Of a DNA stretch of 64,000 nucleotides, positions 1 to 56,652 are shown piece after piece (within the stretch, counting starts at the first letter, position 1; every line of letters begins with the position of its first letter). The DNA lies in NCBI GenBank assembly GCA_002269645.1, contig NIVC01001100.1:248001-312000 (forward strand), written 5' to 3'. A program made the position numbers and the translations under genes. Source of the stretch: Macrostomum lignano (lineage: Eukaryota). The notes below the pieces were generated by a model, which was given only the letters and a program-made list of their open reading frames with translations, was not told where the DNA came from and ran no database searches.

Positions 1-956
1 GAGAATATACGTAGAATAAAAAATTAACATAGAATCCTAATTTTCTGAACGAAAAGCTTTATAAATATCGATAGAGCAATAAAAAAGGCACAACATATCA
101 AAAGATGAACACTGGATCTGCCTCCTATCAAACGCAATAACAATTTTTGTGCTGAAAAAATGAAAACTTCCTATCTCCGTAGTGTATTTTTTCGGGAAAA
201 AGTGCCTTCAAAACTTTTCTAAGAAACGAGGTTTCCCGTCCTTCTACTTAAGTCGTCCTTGGTTTAAAGTCGTTTAGCCTGCGCATTCAATTTGTGTCAA
301 AGTCAGTCAAGCTCTTGCAGCGAAATTGCGTGGCTACATACAACATATACATATCTATATTGTTTATAAGTTTTTACTGATCTCAACGAAGAATTGATGA
401 CTTCTGGCCTTCTGGCAGAGAATTCACAATATGTAATGTACATTGTGCATTCACAGAGGCGTCCTGAAAATGCGAGCACCACGTATTTCTGTGCAAAAAT
501 TGGTGTGCATTTATTTCAGAAAACAGTACCACATGTACATTACATTTAAAAGATTTTCAGCACTTTTCAGGGGCGTCGGAACCGCGCTCGGGGGGCACTA
601 GCCCCCCCCCCCCCTTTAAGCATGATCCTGCGTGTGCCCCTTTTTGAATTCTAAACAAGTGTTGGGGTTTTGGGCTTTGGCTTTTTAGTCTTGGGAACTA
701 AGGGTACAAGCTGGAGCGAGAGAGCACCGTTGCTATCCACACCCTTAGAGATCAATGTACCCTCGTACATGTAATATTAAATATTTTAATAAATTTTAAT
801 TTTTAATAAATACAGTGGCCAGTATGTAGGGGTTATGCACATATCGTGCTCCCTTCATCAAGCGACAACATTCCTTCCTAATTCTTTCTCTGCCCCATCA
901 CCGTTTGGTTGTATAGACCCCGTCACCCTCAATGGGTGGGCTTAGTGCTTTTAGTG

Positions 957-1417
957 CAGGGGTCGGCAAACTTTTTGCCTCAATGGTCAGATTAAGAATC
1001 TAGTGCATGACTGTGGGCCAGAGGAGAAGGAATAGAAAAGAGAAATAGGAGAAGCGATGGAATAAAGGAGAAGAGAGAGTAGACGAAAGGAGAGATGAAA
1101 TAGGATCGAGGAGAGACGAAATAGAAGAGGAGAGATGAAATAGGAGAGAGAGAGGAGGGAAGAGAGAAGAAAATGGAGAGGAAAAGGGAGCTATGAGAGG
1201 AGAGGAGAAAGGTGAGGAGATGAGAGGAGAGGAGAGAGGAGAGGAGCGGAGAGAGGTGAGGAGATGAGAAGAGAGAGGTGAGACAAGAGAGCTGAGAAGA
1301 GACACAAACATCGAGCGGGTCGGATTGCTGTTGTGAAGATTCAAAGGATCCGAAGCCGGATAGAGAGGCTTTGCGGGCGCCGCATGTCGCCGGCGGGTCG
1401 GAGTTTGCCGACCCCTG
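957..1417. mobile_element. hAT (Charlie-like) MITE nested in the 568-2240 element
   Basis: Perfect 16-bp TIR CAGGGGTCGGCAAACT (957-972) / AGTTTGCCGACCCCTG (1402-1417). 8-bp TSD TTTTAGTG at 949-956 and 1418-1425. Internal GA-rich tract at about 1020-1300. Confidence 0.92.
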
Positions 1418-1667
1418 TTTTAGTGTTTAGCCCTTTTATTTTACTCTGATCGACATTCCGAATCCGGAAAATTAAATAGTTGGTCTTGCCCTTGCAATTT
1501 TCATTCATTTGGGGTACTTACTAAATAAATTAAGTTTGAATCAGTTTCAATCAGTTGAAAATTCGAACATTTTCAGACTTTGGCTACTTCCAACACAGAA
1601 TCGAATATTGGCCTGGTTGTCATAATGTCACCGCATAATATACATATATTACATATACATAATATAC

Positions 1668-2129
1668 GCCCTGCTTGGACTCAACCGCGGGGACATCAGG
1701 GCGGTTACCATGGCCCTCTCGGGTCATGGCTGCTTTGCCAGGCATCGTTACCTCCAGGAGAAAATCCGCAGTGAGGAATGCCCTTTCTGCCTCTCCGGTG
1801 TCGAGAATGCGGAGCACTTCATCTGAGAGTGCCCCACCTTTACTCAGGACAGGCTGACCTACTTCGGCCCAGACCCGGACCTTTCTGACGTTTTCAGGCC
1901 CGAGAATCTCTGCCAGCTCGTCCGCTACCAAGGGCTACCGGGCGAGCGACAATCCACCTCCTGGACTCTCCGGAGGGGGACCGCGCTGCGGACGCCGGCG
2001 CCACCGGAACTCCCTGCGCGACACCGCAGCACTTGCTGCCCGTGGTCGCCAGGGGTTAGCGAAATGGGCGCCAACGCCTCCTCGCTGTTTCCGGACGCAC
2101 GGAGCCCCCTGCAGCTAAGTCAGTAAGTC
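1668..2129 (+). mobile_element. 5'-truncated non-LTR retrotransposon (LINE, I/Loa/Nimb-like ORF2 C-terminal zinc knuckle), decayed
   Basis: The frame from 1671 reads LLGLNRGDIRAVTMALSGHGCFARHRYLQEKIRSEECPFCLSGVENAEHFI*ECP: a (T/S)GH motif plus C-x2-C-x8-H-x4-C with one in-frame TGA. 13-bp TSD ATACATAATATAC at 1655-1667 and 2130-2142. Short AAGTC-repeat 3' tail. Confidence 0.8.
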
Positions 2130-2660
2130 ATACATAATATACATAACCGCAAGAGTTAGGGTGCCCTAGATTACAAAAACGTATGGGCAATGTGCCCTCC
2201 CACCAATAGCCCCCCCACTTTGTATGTTCCGACACCGCTGGCACTTTTACATGTAAGAAAATTACGATGTTACATGTACATCATCGTGTTTGCAAAATAT
2301 ACATTAGAAGTAAATAACGAATTGGGATTATTAATGACTACAGTTAAATTTAAAAGTTATCAAAACTTAGAATGTCACTTTATATTTACTGAAAAAATTT
2401 CCCACAAAACTGCAAGTTTAAACACATCCCATTCAGGCATCCGGGTTCATGCGCACTCGTAGATTAAGTTCGTTCATCGCAAAGTACCTTTGTTTATACT
2501 ATAATCATAATGATTTATACAAAGACTTTAAAAAAATAAACTCGAAACCGAATCGGACTCTGATGCTACGGGTACTTGAACTGGACCGCTTGATCGCCAT
2601 TTTTAGGCAGATGCATCGCATAGTCGTAGAAAGTACGAATTATAACTGTGCCACCCGCTT

Positions 2661-4025
2661 TCATTCCTCCCGCAATTTGAAAATCAGTTTGTGCTCAGCC
2701 GGCGCTTTAACGGTGCCTGGCGTGCCTTCGAGAATTTCCGCCATTCTTGACGCTTCATCGTCGGGAAGCTCGATGCGAAATCGCTGAATGATGACTATGG
2801 CGAAGATGAAGAGTTCCATGCGAGCCAGGCTCTCGCCAAGGCAGGAGCGTTTGCCGATAGAGAACGGAATGACGCGTTCCGATGGCGCGAACTTGCCATT
2901 CGCGTCAATAAAGCGCTCAATGCGGAACTTTTCAGGCTCAGGAAATACTTCCGGGTCAGAGTGCAGCGCCTCAATGTTTGGCATGACATTGCAGTTCTTC
3001 GGCACCAGATAACCGAATAGTTCGGTGTCCTCAATCGCTCGGTGCGCAACGCCGCCCGGTATGAGCGTATAAACTCGCTGCGATTCCAACAAGAAGGCCT
3101 CGATCAGGGGCAGCCGAGACCGGTCCGACTGGAGCTTCTTGTCGCCGTAGAACTCGGCAGCCTCGGAAGGATCGCGCTGCTCAATGCGGTTTCGCTCTGC
3201 CAGGTAAGCCTCAATGTAGTCCGCCGGCTCGTCGCTCAGGTTGTAAGCGGACCTTTTCTTCTCAATCTCATCCTGACAAAAGGTGAACATTTCGTCAAAA
3301 AGTTTGACGCTCTTCTTGACAGCTTCCATGCTCATGAGGAAGTTCGGCGCGAGACTGGTGAGCAGAGGTACCAGCACACTCGATCGCAGGGTTGGATGGG
3401 ACACCCCCTGCTGCGTTATCTTATTGATGAGGGCCAGCTTCTCATCGAAGGTTGGATCTTCTGTTGCTAAGCGTCTGCCAAATACCAGCATGCAAATGAC
3501 GTTCGACACGGCCTTGCCGAACGGGTTTCCCGTGCTGACCGGCTGTCCCCGCGTCTCCTCGAGCGCCGCCGCCAGCTCGAGCGCCTCTTTGACGATGCTG
3601 TCCTCGGATCCGATCTTGCCGAAGCCGCAGTCCCGCAGCACCTGCAGGCTGAATCTGCGATGCCGTTTCCAGCTGGGCCCGTCAGTCATGACCAGGCCGC
3701 TGTTTCCCATGACCCGAGTGGAGAAAATGTGCCTGGGCCGTCCGGAGAACAAGGCCCCCTGCGTGACGAATGCTTCTTTCACTGCTTCGTAGGTGTTGAG
3801 AAAGACGACCTGGCGACCATTCAACTGGAAACTGCACACCGCTCCGTACCGCTGCTTGGCCTGGCACAGCCAGTTGCGCAATGGAAACTTCATGAATGGG
3901 AAGCTGCCGAGAACCGGCACCACGGGCGGGCCCGGCGGCAGGCGGCGCTGCCCACTCATGTAGCTGATTAACCAGCCAACTGCCAGCACGGCTAGCAGGC
4001 CAACTGTAATGCTGAGTAAATCCAT
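2661..4025 (-). CDS. Cytochrome P450, clan 2 (CYP2-like), intronless, 454 aa; I/J helices absent, so possibly non-catalytic or a pseudogene
   Basis: N-terminal TM anchor, PPGP hinge, WxxxR (WKRHR), ExxR (ESQR), PERF-like (PEKF) and heme motif FSIGKRSCLG. ATG at 4025; the track's 4043 start is a TTG. No AGxET motif between YGDKKLQ and SDRSRLP. Confidence 0.9.
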   Translation of the reverse strand: MDLLSITVGLLAVLAVGWLISYMSGQRRLPPGPPVVPVLGSFPFMKFPLRNWLCQAKQRYGAVCSFQLNGRQVVFLNTYEAVKEAFVTQGALFSGRPRHIFSTRVMGNSGLVMTDGPSWKRHRRFSLQVLRDCGFGKIGSEDSIVKEALELAAALEETRGQPVSTGNPFGKAVSNVICMLVFGRRLATEDPTFDEKLALINKITQQGVSHPTLRSSVLVPLLTSLAPNFLMSMEAVKKSVKLFDEMFTFCQDEIEKKRSAYNLSDEPADYIEAYLAERNRIEQRDPSEAAEFYGDKKLQSDRSRLPLIEAFLLESQRVYTLIPGGVAHRAIEDTELFGYLVPKNCNVMPNIEALHSDPEVFPEPEKFRIERFIDANGKFAPSERVIPFSIGKRSCLGESLARMELFIFAIVIIQRFRIELPDDEASRMAEILEGTPGTVKAPAEHKLIFKLREE

Positions 4026-5333
4026 GCTTTCGTTTTGGATCAAACTGCAGAACTGTCCTTTCCTGTCCTGCTTGCGCCGTCTTATTAAAAACGTTTTCTC
4101 CTTATCTACAACCTCTCCAGTTTTCGAGACCAGTCTGGCTCTGTATGCAGCAACTCTACACCCAAGTACTCTCGGTCTGCATGAACTGTGAAACTGTACT
4201 GTGGTACAATGGCAGCATTTGGAGTTTGGAGTCGCTGAGAGGGTTCTTGCAAAGCCCCCACCTCTACCTCCCGCCTGCCCTTGAAATGTAGTAACAAGGC
4301 AAAGACAGTACTCGTACTTGTGTGCTATAAAATTATTGAGTACGTTCAGGGTGACTGGGTGCTATAAATGAGCAGGTGAGATTGCATTCTGTTAATCAGT
4401 TTCTTTAACATTTCTCATTTAGATTTTAACGAATGCACGACTCATGAAACTAATTATATACTCAAATATCTTCTGTATATACTTCAGTAGTAACAAATAA
4501 GTGCCTATGAGAACACGTCAGTACTTTAATAGGAAATAATTAGTCACATCGGTTCACATCGGTTCACATCGGTGAAATGACTTGCTTTCTTACAGTTACT
4601 TTTCGCTATTTGCCCCTCGAGTTCGAATAGATTGGCTTACTCGTACTTTTCTGGTCGCTATGTGGCTAGAAAGAAAAGTCCCACAAAATCCCATATACTA
4701 AAAAAACTTGAGATTTGATACTCTCAAAACGAGGTTATTCAGCACTTTAGAGGTAAGGTATTGAGGTAAAATTTTGAACCTGACGGACCTTAGGGATCTC
4801 TAGAAGAAGATCTTACATTCAAAGATGCGATCTGAAAATTGAAAAGTATATTTAAACCCAATTTACTATTTGAAGTACAATAATTTCTGTATTCCTGCTG
4901 TCAATAAACTTCCTTAGAAGAAGTCCGGTGCGTGATGCAGCGGTCTCAATGCAGAGGCTGTTGCATATTGCAGCATGAATGCAGCTGCGCAGCTTCCGAC
5001 AGGAAGTGACCCAACTGTGACCAGGTTCTGTAGGATTAATTTCCCGCATGAAGGCAGGAAATGAAAAAAACTCTTTAACTTCAGTCCTCTTTCTCACCTT
5101 TGCTTATAATATCAAATCTATCGGAAGCTGATCGTGACTCTGGGATGCGCAAGCTCCCATTGAGCCGGATATTGTTTGGCAGATGAGGAAGAGCGCCACT
5201 TCTCCGCCCTCTTCCGCTTCCTGCCTGCCTCAACTGTGGCCTCTCTGCCCCGGCATCCAATCTGAATGCCGCTCACAGGGAATAAATTCATAGCAATCGG
5301 CAGCTGCCAAGCCTGCGCCTCACCGGTGTGGAA

Positions 5334-6352
5334 ATGCGGCTTTTACCTGCTCTGCTTCTGCAATTGCTGCTCCAACCAGCCGTGCAGTGGAACTCGAACC
5401 AAAATGAGACTGCCTGCAGCCCCGGCTGCTCACCTGGCGGCTGCAAATGTGACCAGCTCTGCCACCACCTGAGCGATTGCTGCTCCTCACCTGAGCCACC
5501 TCTGCCGTTGGCTGCCAGCGTCGAGTGCACCGACGCCCGACACTTCGTCGTATTCGGCCACAGCAACGGTGCCGTTCATCGAGCCGTTGCGGCCGGAGAA
5601 CCGCCGCTTAGTCTGCATCGCCGTCTTGGCATCGGCGTGGTTTCTGGCTGTCCGAGATCGGCCAGACCGCAGCTGCAGCGCCTGTGCTCCGAGTCCCCGT
5701 TCTTGCCAGTGACGGCGTCGGCTGCTCAATCGTCACCGGCGATGATTTTCCGCAGTGCCGCCTGCGCAGCCTGCAGCGGCGTCGGAGACTTCCGCCACTT
5801 GCCCGGCCGACTTGTCTGCGACAGAGTCGAGCGTGCCGTCCCAGACTCTCAGTTGTTGCTGCCGCCTCCATCAGGTTGCCGGCTGGAATTTGCGTTGCCA
5901 ACCTCAACGCCTCGGCTCTGCTGGCTCGATCGGCCGGTCGCCGACTGCCAACTTGCCGATCCGGACAGGTTCTTAGTCTCCGTGTCACCTGAGCTGCGGC
6001 GACAGCGAGCTGAGTTTGAGAAGCAGTGCCGAGCCGGCCCGTTCGATCCGGTGTTCGACAGCCGATTGGCCGCTCCGGATTCGGCGCTGCTGCGGAATCA
6101 CCAAACTGGCGGCATCTACCGGAACCTCCACTGCGCCCTGTGCCACCGCGTCAGCGTACCGCTGCGTCCTCCAACCGACTGTCAGCTGGGCAGCACGACT
6201 CGCGGCCAAGATCGGCTGTCCGTAGGATCGGCCAGATTCAGTCGGAGGTTCACGGCGGACGAGGCTGAAAAAGTTGCAGCTCGGGCCGCAGCGAGCAGCG
6301 TTTGTAATCAGTCCGGTCATCCCAGCGCCGAATTCAGCTGGGACACCTTGAG
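5334..6352 (+). CDS. Exon 1 of a somatomedin-B-domain 7TM receptor-like gene, join(5334..6352,7142..8081), 652 aa
   Basis: Signal peptide MRLLPALLLQLLL. SMB-like CSPGCSPGGCKCDQLCHHLSDCC. YRNLHCALC cysteine motif of invertebrate SMB/Methuselah-adhesion-type receptors. Donor AG|GTAAAG at 6352/6353 (phase 2). Confidence 0.75.
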
Positions 6353-7141
6353 GTAAAGTGAAATGCATCTTCCTGGAATCGCGACTCGCGAATGGTGGAA
6401 TCTTTGGCCATTGTCTTTGTAATGGTATTGGCAGATTTGCGCCCTAACCCATGGACCTTCTGCGGAGGAACAATCCGCGGGAGTTATCCATGAGAGATTC
6501 ACAGCATAATAAAAAATGACGACGTCCATTAAGAAGTCCATTTGCCATTAACGAGGGGTCACGGAGTCTTTTGGAACAGAACAGGTTGATCTCTGTGCAG
6601 GTCAAAACCACCCATCATCAAATCATGCTTGAAAATCGATGTAAACTCGTCAGATGGGTTTTTTTTATAAAGGCCGACTTTAATGCAGTCACTCTCGGCT
6701 CGTTTAGTTAATAACTAGCAATGGACTGGGCCGGCGCAGGGGGCCGCACGCGACAACAGGATTTACATTAGGAAGATTAAAATGCAAATTGCCTCCCCTC
6801 TAGCATAGCGCGCGCTTTTAACTGCCTGAACTGGGGAATATCTGTGTCGACCTAAGGGGGGGGGGGTGGAGTTCCTGGGATCTGAGCTGGGGAGAGAAGC
6901 TTGACACATGCCGACAAGTCGACACTAATCATATCAATCCGCAGATCACAGCCTGTCAGGACTACAGCTTGTCAATAAACCCGTCGGATGGTTAGTTAAA
7001 CAGTTTGGCTATGGGAACCCACATTGCACTTAGTATATGCACTTAGTTGGGCACTATTGTTCTGAAACACTGTCTGCATGCTTTTATCCTTATGCAGCAG
7101 GGAACTGCATGTAATTCTCCTGCCAACCAATCATCCTGCAG

Positions 7142-8081
7142 TTGCACCACGGATCAAGGCGCTGCTCCGCCATTCGCAGTTTCGTCCTTCATGGAGAGCG
7201 TCAGGCCGGGCCTGCGTGCCGCCACCCTGCTGCTTGCTGGCGCTGCCTGCCTGCCGCAGCTGATCACTCTCAGGTGCCATCAACACCGCCGTTGCCACCA
7301 CCGTTTGCACTCACCGTTGCCAGGGGCAACAGACAGCCCTATCCCGCTGGTTCTGGGTGTTCACTGCTGCGGACTCGCTGTTCAGGTGCTGTCCGAACTC
7401 CTCGCCGACAGATCTGGAACGAATTCGCTGACACCACAGTCCGCACTTGCCGTAGTGGCCTGGCGCACCGCCATGCTGGTCCAGTCAGCGGCATCGCCAG
7501 TGCAGCTGCTGGCGCACCGCGGCACCGAACTGGCCGCAGAACTCACCAGCGGCATCGCTGTTGCCGCCATCTGGCTTGGCGCTCTCGGAATGGCCGGAGT
7601 TGCCGGCCTCCTGGATGTCGCTTCCGGTTCCGGCCCGATCGTGTCGATGATGGGCAGCGCCGCCGCAACTGCTGCTCAGCTGTCCGTCTGGGCAGCGTTT
7701 CTCGCCCTCGGCGTCGGGCTACTCGCCGCTCGTCAATCGCGTCGTCGTTGGTGCAGCTCGGCTGCAACGTCCCCGAAAGCGACTGAGCGAATACTGGCGA
7801 GTCTTCTGGCTCTGCTCGGCCTTCGAGCGGCTGCCGCAGTTGCCGCCGCAGGCCCAGCAGCCGCAGTCGCCGGTGCTGTCGGTTCGCTGGCCGACTTCTC
7901 GCGCTCCGCCTGCCTCCTGACGCTGGCCGTCGCGACGATTCCTGCGAACGGCTCTGGTGACGCGCATCGGCAATCGCTCCGCCATCGACGCGGTCAACGC
8001 GTCGAACCATCAAGATCGCGGACCTCATCGCGAACTTCTTCAAGCGCGACAATGACGGCCGTGACGGCTACTTTTGTATAA
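7142..8081 (+). CDS. Exon 2 of the SMB/7TM receptor-like gene (about 7 hydrophobic segments, Ser/Thr tail, ends T-F-V)
   Basis: Acceptor ATCCTGCAG| at 7141 completes codon AG+T in frame; spliced length 1959 nt is divisible by 3. Seven Ala/Leu/Val-rich stretches judged by eye. Confidence 0.7.
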
Positions 8082-8114
8082 CATTTTTTTTGTTTTGCGT
8101 CGGTTTATTTAGGT

Positions 8115-8356
8115 CAGGCGTTGGAAAACTCCGGCCCGCCGGGGTTTGCCCTCCGGGTCCTTTGAAACTTCACAATAGCAATCCGGCCCGCTCAAGCCAA
8201 GTTTGGTGTCTTCTCAGTTTTTCCCTAACCTTCTCTCCTTTCTTATCTCGGGCTCACTTCTCTCTTCTCTCCTCCGCTCTCCTCTCTCTGTCCCGTAGTC
8301 TTGCATTGGGTTCTCTATCTGGCCCTCCTTCAGTTTAAATAGTTTGTCGACCCTTG
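8115..8356. mobile_element. Second, older copy of the Charlie-like hAT MITE, inverted relative to 957-1417
   Basis: TIRs CAGGCGTTGGAAAACT / AGTTTGTCGACCCTTG (13/16 and 14/16 to the first copy). 8-bp TSD ATTTAGGT at 8107-8114 and 8357-8364. Internal TCCTTTGAAACTTCACAATAGCAATCCGGCCCGCTC is homologous to the reverse complement of about 1310-1350. Confidence 0.88.
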
Positions 8357-8591
8357 ATTTAGGTGTAGGTTCAGATTTTTAGACATACATGTATGTTTTC
8401 TTCATTAGTCGGAATATCAGATACTTCTTATGCAAGCAATATATTTTTCGTCTCTTTGGTCAATCAGAAACAACATTATTCTCAGAATTTGTTTACTCAA
8501 TTTGCTGTCTGAATTCGAATTAAATTGCAAATCGAAACTCTGCTTCGAAATAGTCAGTACGGATTTATGCACTTTGGGGCGTAAAACTCGG

Positions 8592-9602
8592 TCAGCGGAA
8601 CAAGTCGAACAGCCAGTTTATCTGGTCCACACTGCGGTAGCTGTTGGCCACGGCTATCAGCTTCACCTGCCCCCTAAACCAGAACGAATTCGCGCTGTTT
8701 GACGAGCCGAATCGAATGCACCGTCGAGCAGGTGCTCCGAGATAAGCCCTGCGCGAGTAGTTGAAGAAGGCTCTGTCAAGGAAGCTCCTATTGTAGTACA
8801 TGAAGGCCTTCCCGCTGAGATTGGACACTGAGACGCCCAGGTCAACCCATTGCTCTCTAGTCTCAACTACCAGCCTTCGGTTGGCTCGGGTCTCCACCCT
8901 GACCAGCGGCTTCAGGCGGCCGTAGGAGTCAAAGAACAGCGTGCCCGGCCCGTCCCACTCCCACGTGCTCGCACCCATCGCCCCGTTGTCGCAGTTGTAG
9001 AAGTCCAAGTACGGCTGCGACCGCGGCAGTCGCTTGATTCGGTAAAGCCAGGCCAGGCCGCCGGTCCAGTGGAAGTCGCTGGCCGGCACCAAATTAAGAA
9101 ACGAATTCTGGCCGTTAAGCCTTGGCGGCGCGCCTACATAGTCGTAGACAACATTTTCTCCAGCAAAATTGGTCTGGACGCCGTTGCGGCAGATCAGGTT
9201 GCGCAGGCCCTGGTCGGCTCGAACGCCGGGAATCCAGACGCCATCGAACAGCTGACGGAGAGCCAGCGCGGCCGAGTCCAAGTAGGTGTGGCAAAGTAGA
9301 AACGGGAATCGGCTCAGCGACGCATTTGGAAACACTCGAGCGCAAACATCCTGCAGAGCAAACGCCTTGCACTGCCGACGACCGTACCTGCGGTACTGGA
9401 TGACGCACAGGTCGCAGTTCAACTCGGCCATGCCCGATACATGAATCAAACAGCTGAGACTGTCAGGCATGCCAGGTGTCTGAGCTACGGCCAGTGCGTC
9501 CGGTAGGCAGTCAATGGTGGTGTCGAGACTGCGAAATCGCTTGCCGCAGCTGTTTATGACCGAGTGCGGAGCCAGCAGCAGGAGCAGCAATAGCAGAGAC
9601 AT
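8592..9602 (-). CDS. Secreted protein with a Cys-rich (PAN/apple-like) N-terminus and a LamG/concanavalin-A-like (pentraxin-type) C-terminal domain, 336 aa, intronless
   Basis: Signal peptide MSLLLLLLLLAPHSV. C-terminus WVDLGVSV..AFMYYN..IRFGS..FWFRGQVKLIAV..RSVDQINWLF follows the LamG_3 pattern. Domain names are by recognition, not by search. Confidence 0.75.
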   Translation of the reverse strand: MSLLLLLLLLAPHSVINSCGKRFRSLDTTIDCLPDALAVAQTPGMPDSLSCLIHVSGMAELNCDLCVIQYRRYGRRQCKAFALQDVCARVFPNASLSRFPFLLCHTYLDSAALALRQLFDGVWIPGVRADQGLRNLICRNGVQTNFAGENVVYDYVGAPPRLNGQNSFLNLVPASDFHWTGGLAWLYRIKRLPRSQPYLDFYNCDNGAMGASTWEWDGPGTLFFDSYGRLKPLVRVETRANRRLVVETREQWVDLGVSVSNLSGKAFMYYNRSFLDRAFFNYSRRAYLGAPARRCIRFGSSNSANSFWFRGQVKLIAVANSYRSVDQINWLFDLFR

Positions 9603-9662
9603 TGTTACTTTCTCGATTAAACTTCTCGATCAGTCTATATGGTTCTAAGCAGAAGGACGGGT

Positions 9663-9669
9663 CTTTATA
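9663..9669 (-). promoter_or_regulatory. Candidate TATA box of the LamG-like gene
   Basis: TATAAAG on the minus strand, about 60 nt upstream of the ATG at 9602. Confidence 0.35.
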
Positions 9670-10547
9670 CTAATTGTGCGTGTGAATCGACTATTGTAAC
9701 CAAGCACCTGCTATTCCCTAATGATTGATGCCAATTATTGACTGAACTAAGACTCCTAAGAGCACTGAGAAACTTCAGCTTGGGTGATACTGGTAGGTCT
9801 TCTTGTTGAAGTGGCACTCGACATGACTACAGAGCCAGCTGTTATTTGCAATGGAAGAAAACTTGCAAAATTTATCCCATTGTTAGAAAAGATGAAACGA
9901 GAATGACTGACCTCTATCCATCTAGTTAAAATGCGTAAAATCGAAAATTACAAAATCGTAACAATTCAGAACCTTGCTTAGAGATTAAACTTTAAGGTTG
10001 AATTCATCAAAGTCAGATATGGTTAATCCAGTGTATATTATTGCACAATGACTAATTCTGGCAATCGCGAGAGGGCATTGCAAAGCGCTATCAGCACATA
10101 TAGATTCAGCGATGTACTTTTTACATGTACATTCATGCAAGCTTCATCAAAGCAGAGTGTTGCAAATACTCAACAAGCAAAGCATTATATCAAAAAGCAT
10201 TCGGAACTAATATAGAAGATTCGCAGTCCAAAAAAGTGTTTTAAGTATCTGTACATAGTTGCTGGGTGCCTGCATGTTGCATGTAAATAACGCGAGAAGG
10301 CACAACAGACTGCCTGCTGGGTTTAGTAGATAAATGATAAGCATTGTACAGAATCAGCCTTGATATCGGGGTCCAAATTGAGGGGTGGGTGCAGTCTATA
10401 GTCTGTTATTTAGTGTCCCCTTCAGATATTATAAAATCAATCAATATCAGTTAGATAGATAGTTAAAATTTGACAAGAAAGACTTGAAGCAGCGATCGTT
10501 ATTGACCAATAAATGATTATTTGGTCCCACTGGCAGCTAGGCAACCC

Positions 10548-56652
<46,105 letters not shown>

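Larger units (their letters stand above)
568..2240. mobile_element. Non-autonomous hAT DNA transposon carrying two nested insertions
   Basis: TIRs CAGGGGCGTCGGAAC (568-582) and GTTCCGACACCGCTG (2226-2240) match 13/15. Identical 8-bp TSD GCACTTTT at 560-567 and 2241-2248. Subterminal GGGGGCAC/GTGCCC motifs at both ends. An 8-bp TSD with CAG-starting TIRs fits hAT. No transposase ORF. Confidence 0.85.

Noticed and set aside
1620-1931. Minus-strand 103-aa ORF as a gene
   Set aside because: Antisense shadow of the LINE ORF2 fragment.
235-9661. 16-bp inverted match (CCCGTCCTTCTACTTA / TAAGCAGAAGGACGGG) bracketing three genes, as if a giant transposon
   Set aside because: 15/16 match only, no TSD and no further homology; matches of this size are expected by chance in 64 kb.
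9603-10547. Operon-like, trans-spliced coupling of the ed-like and LamG genes (same strand, 945 bp apart, AG at 9646-9645)
   Set aside because: A candidate TATA box at 9669-9663 suggests an independent promoter. No spliced-leader evidence is obtainable from DNA alone.
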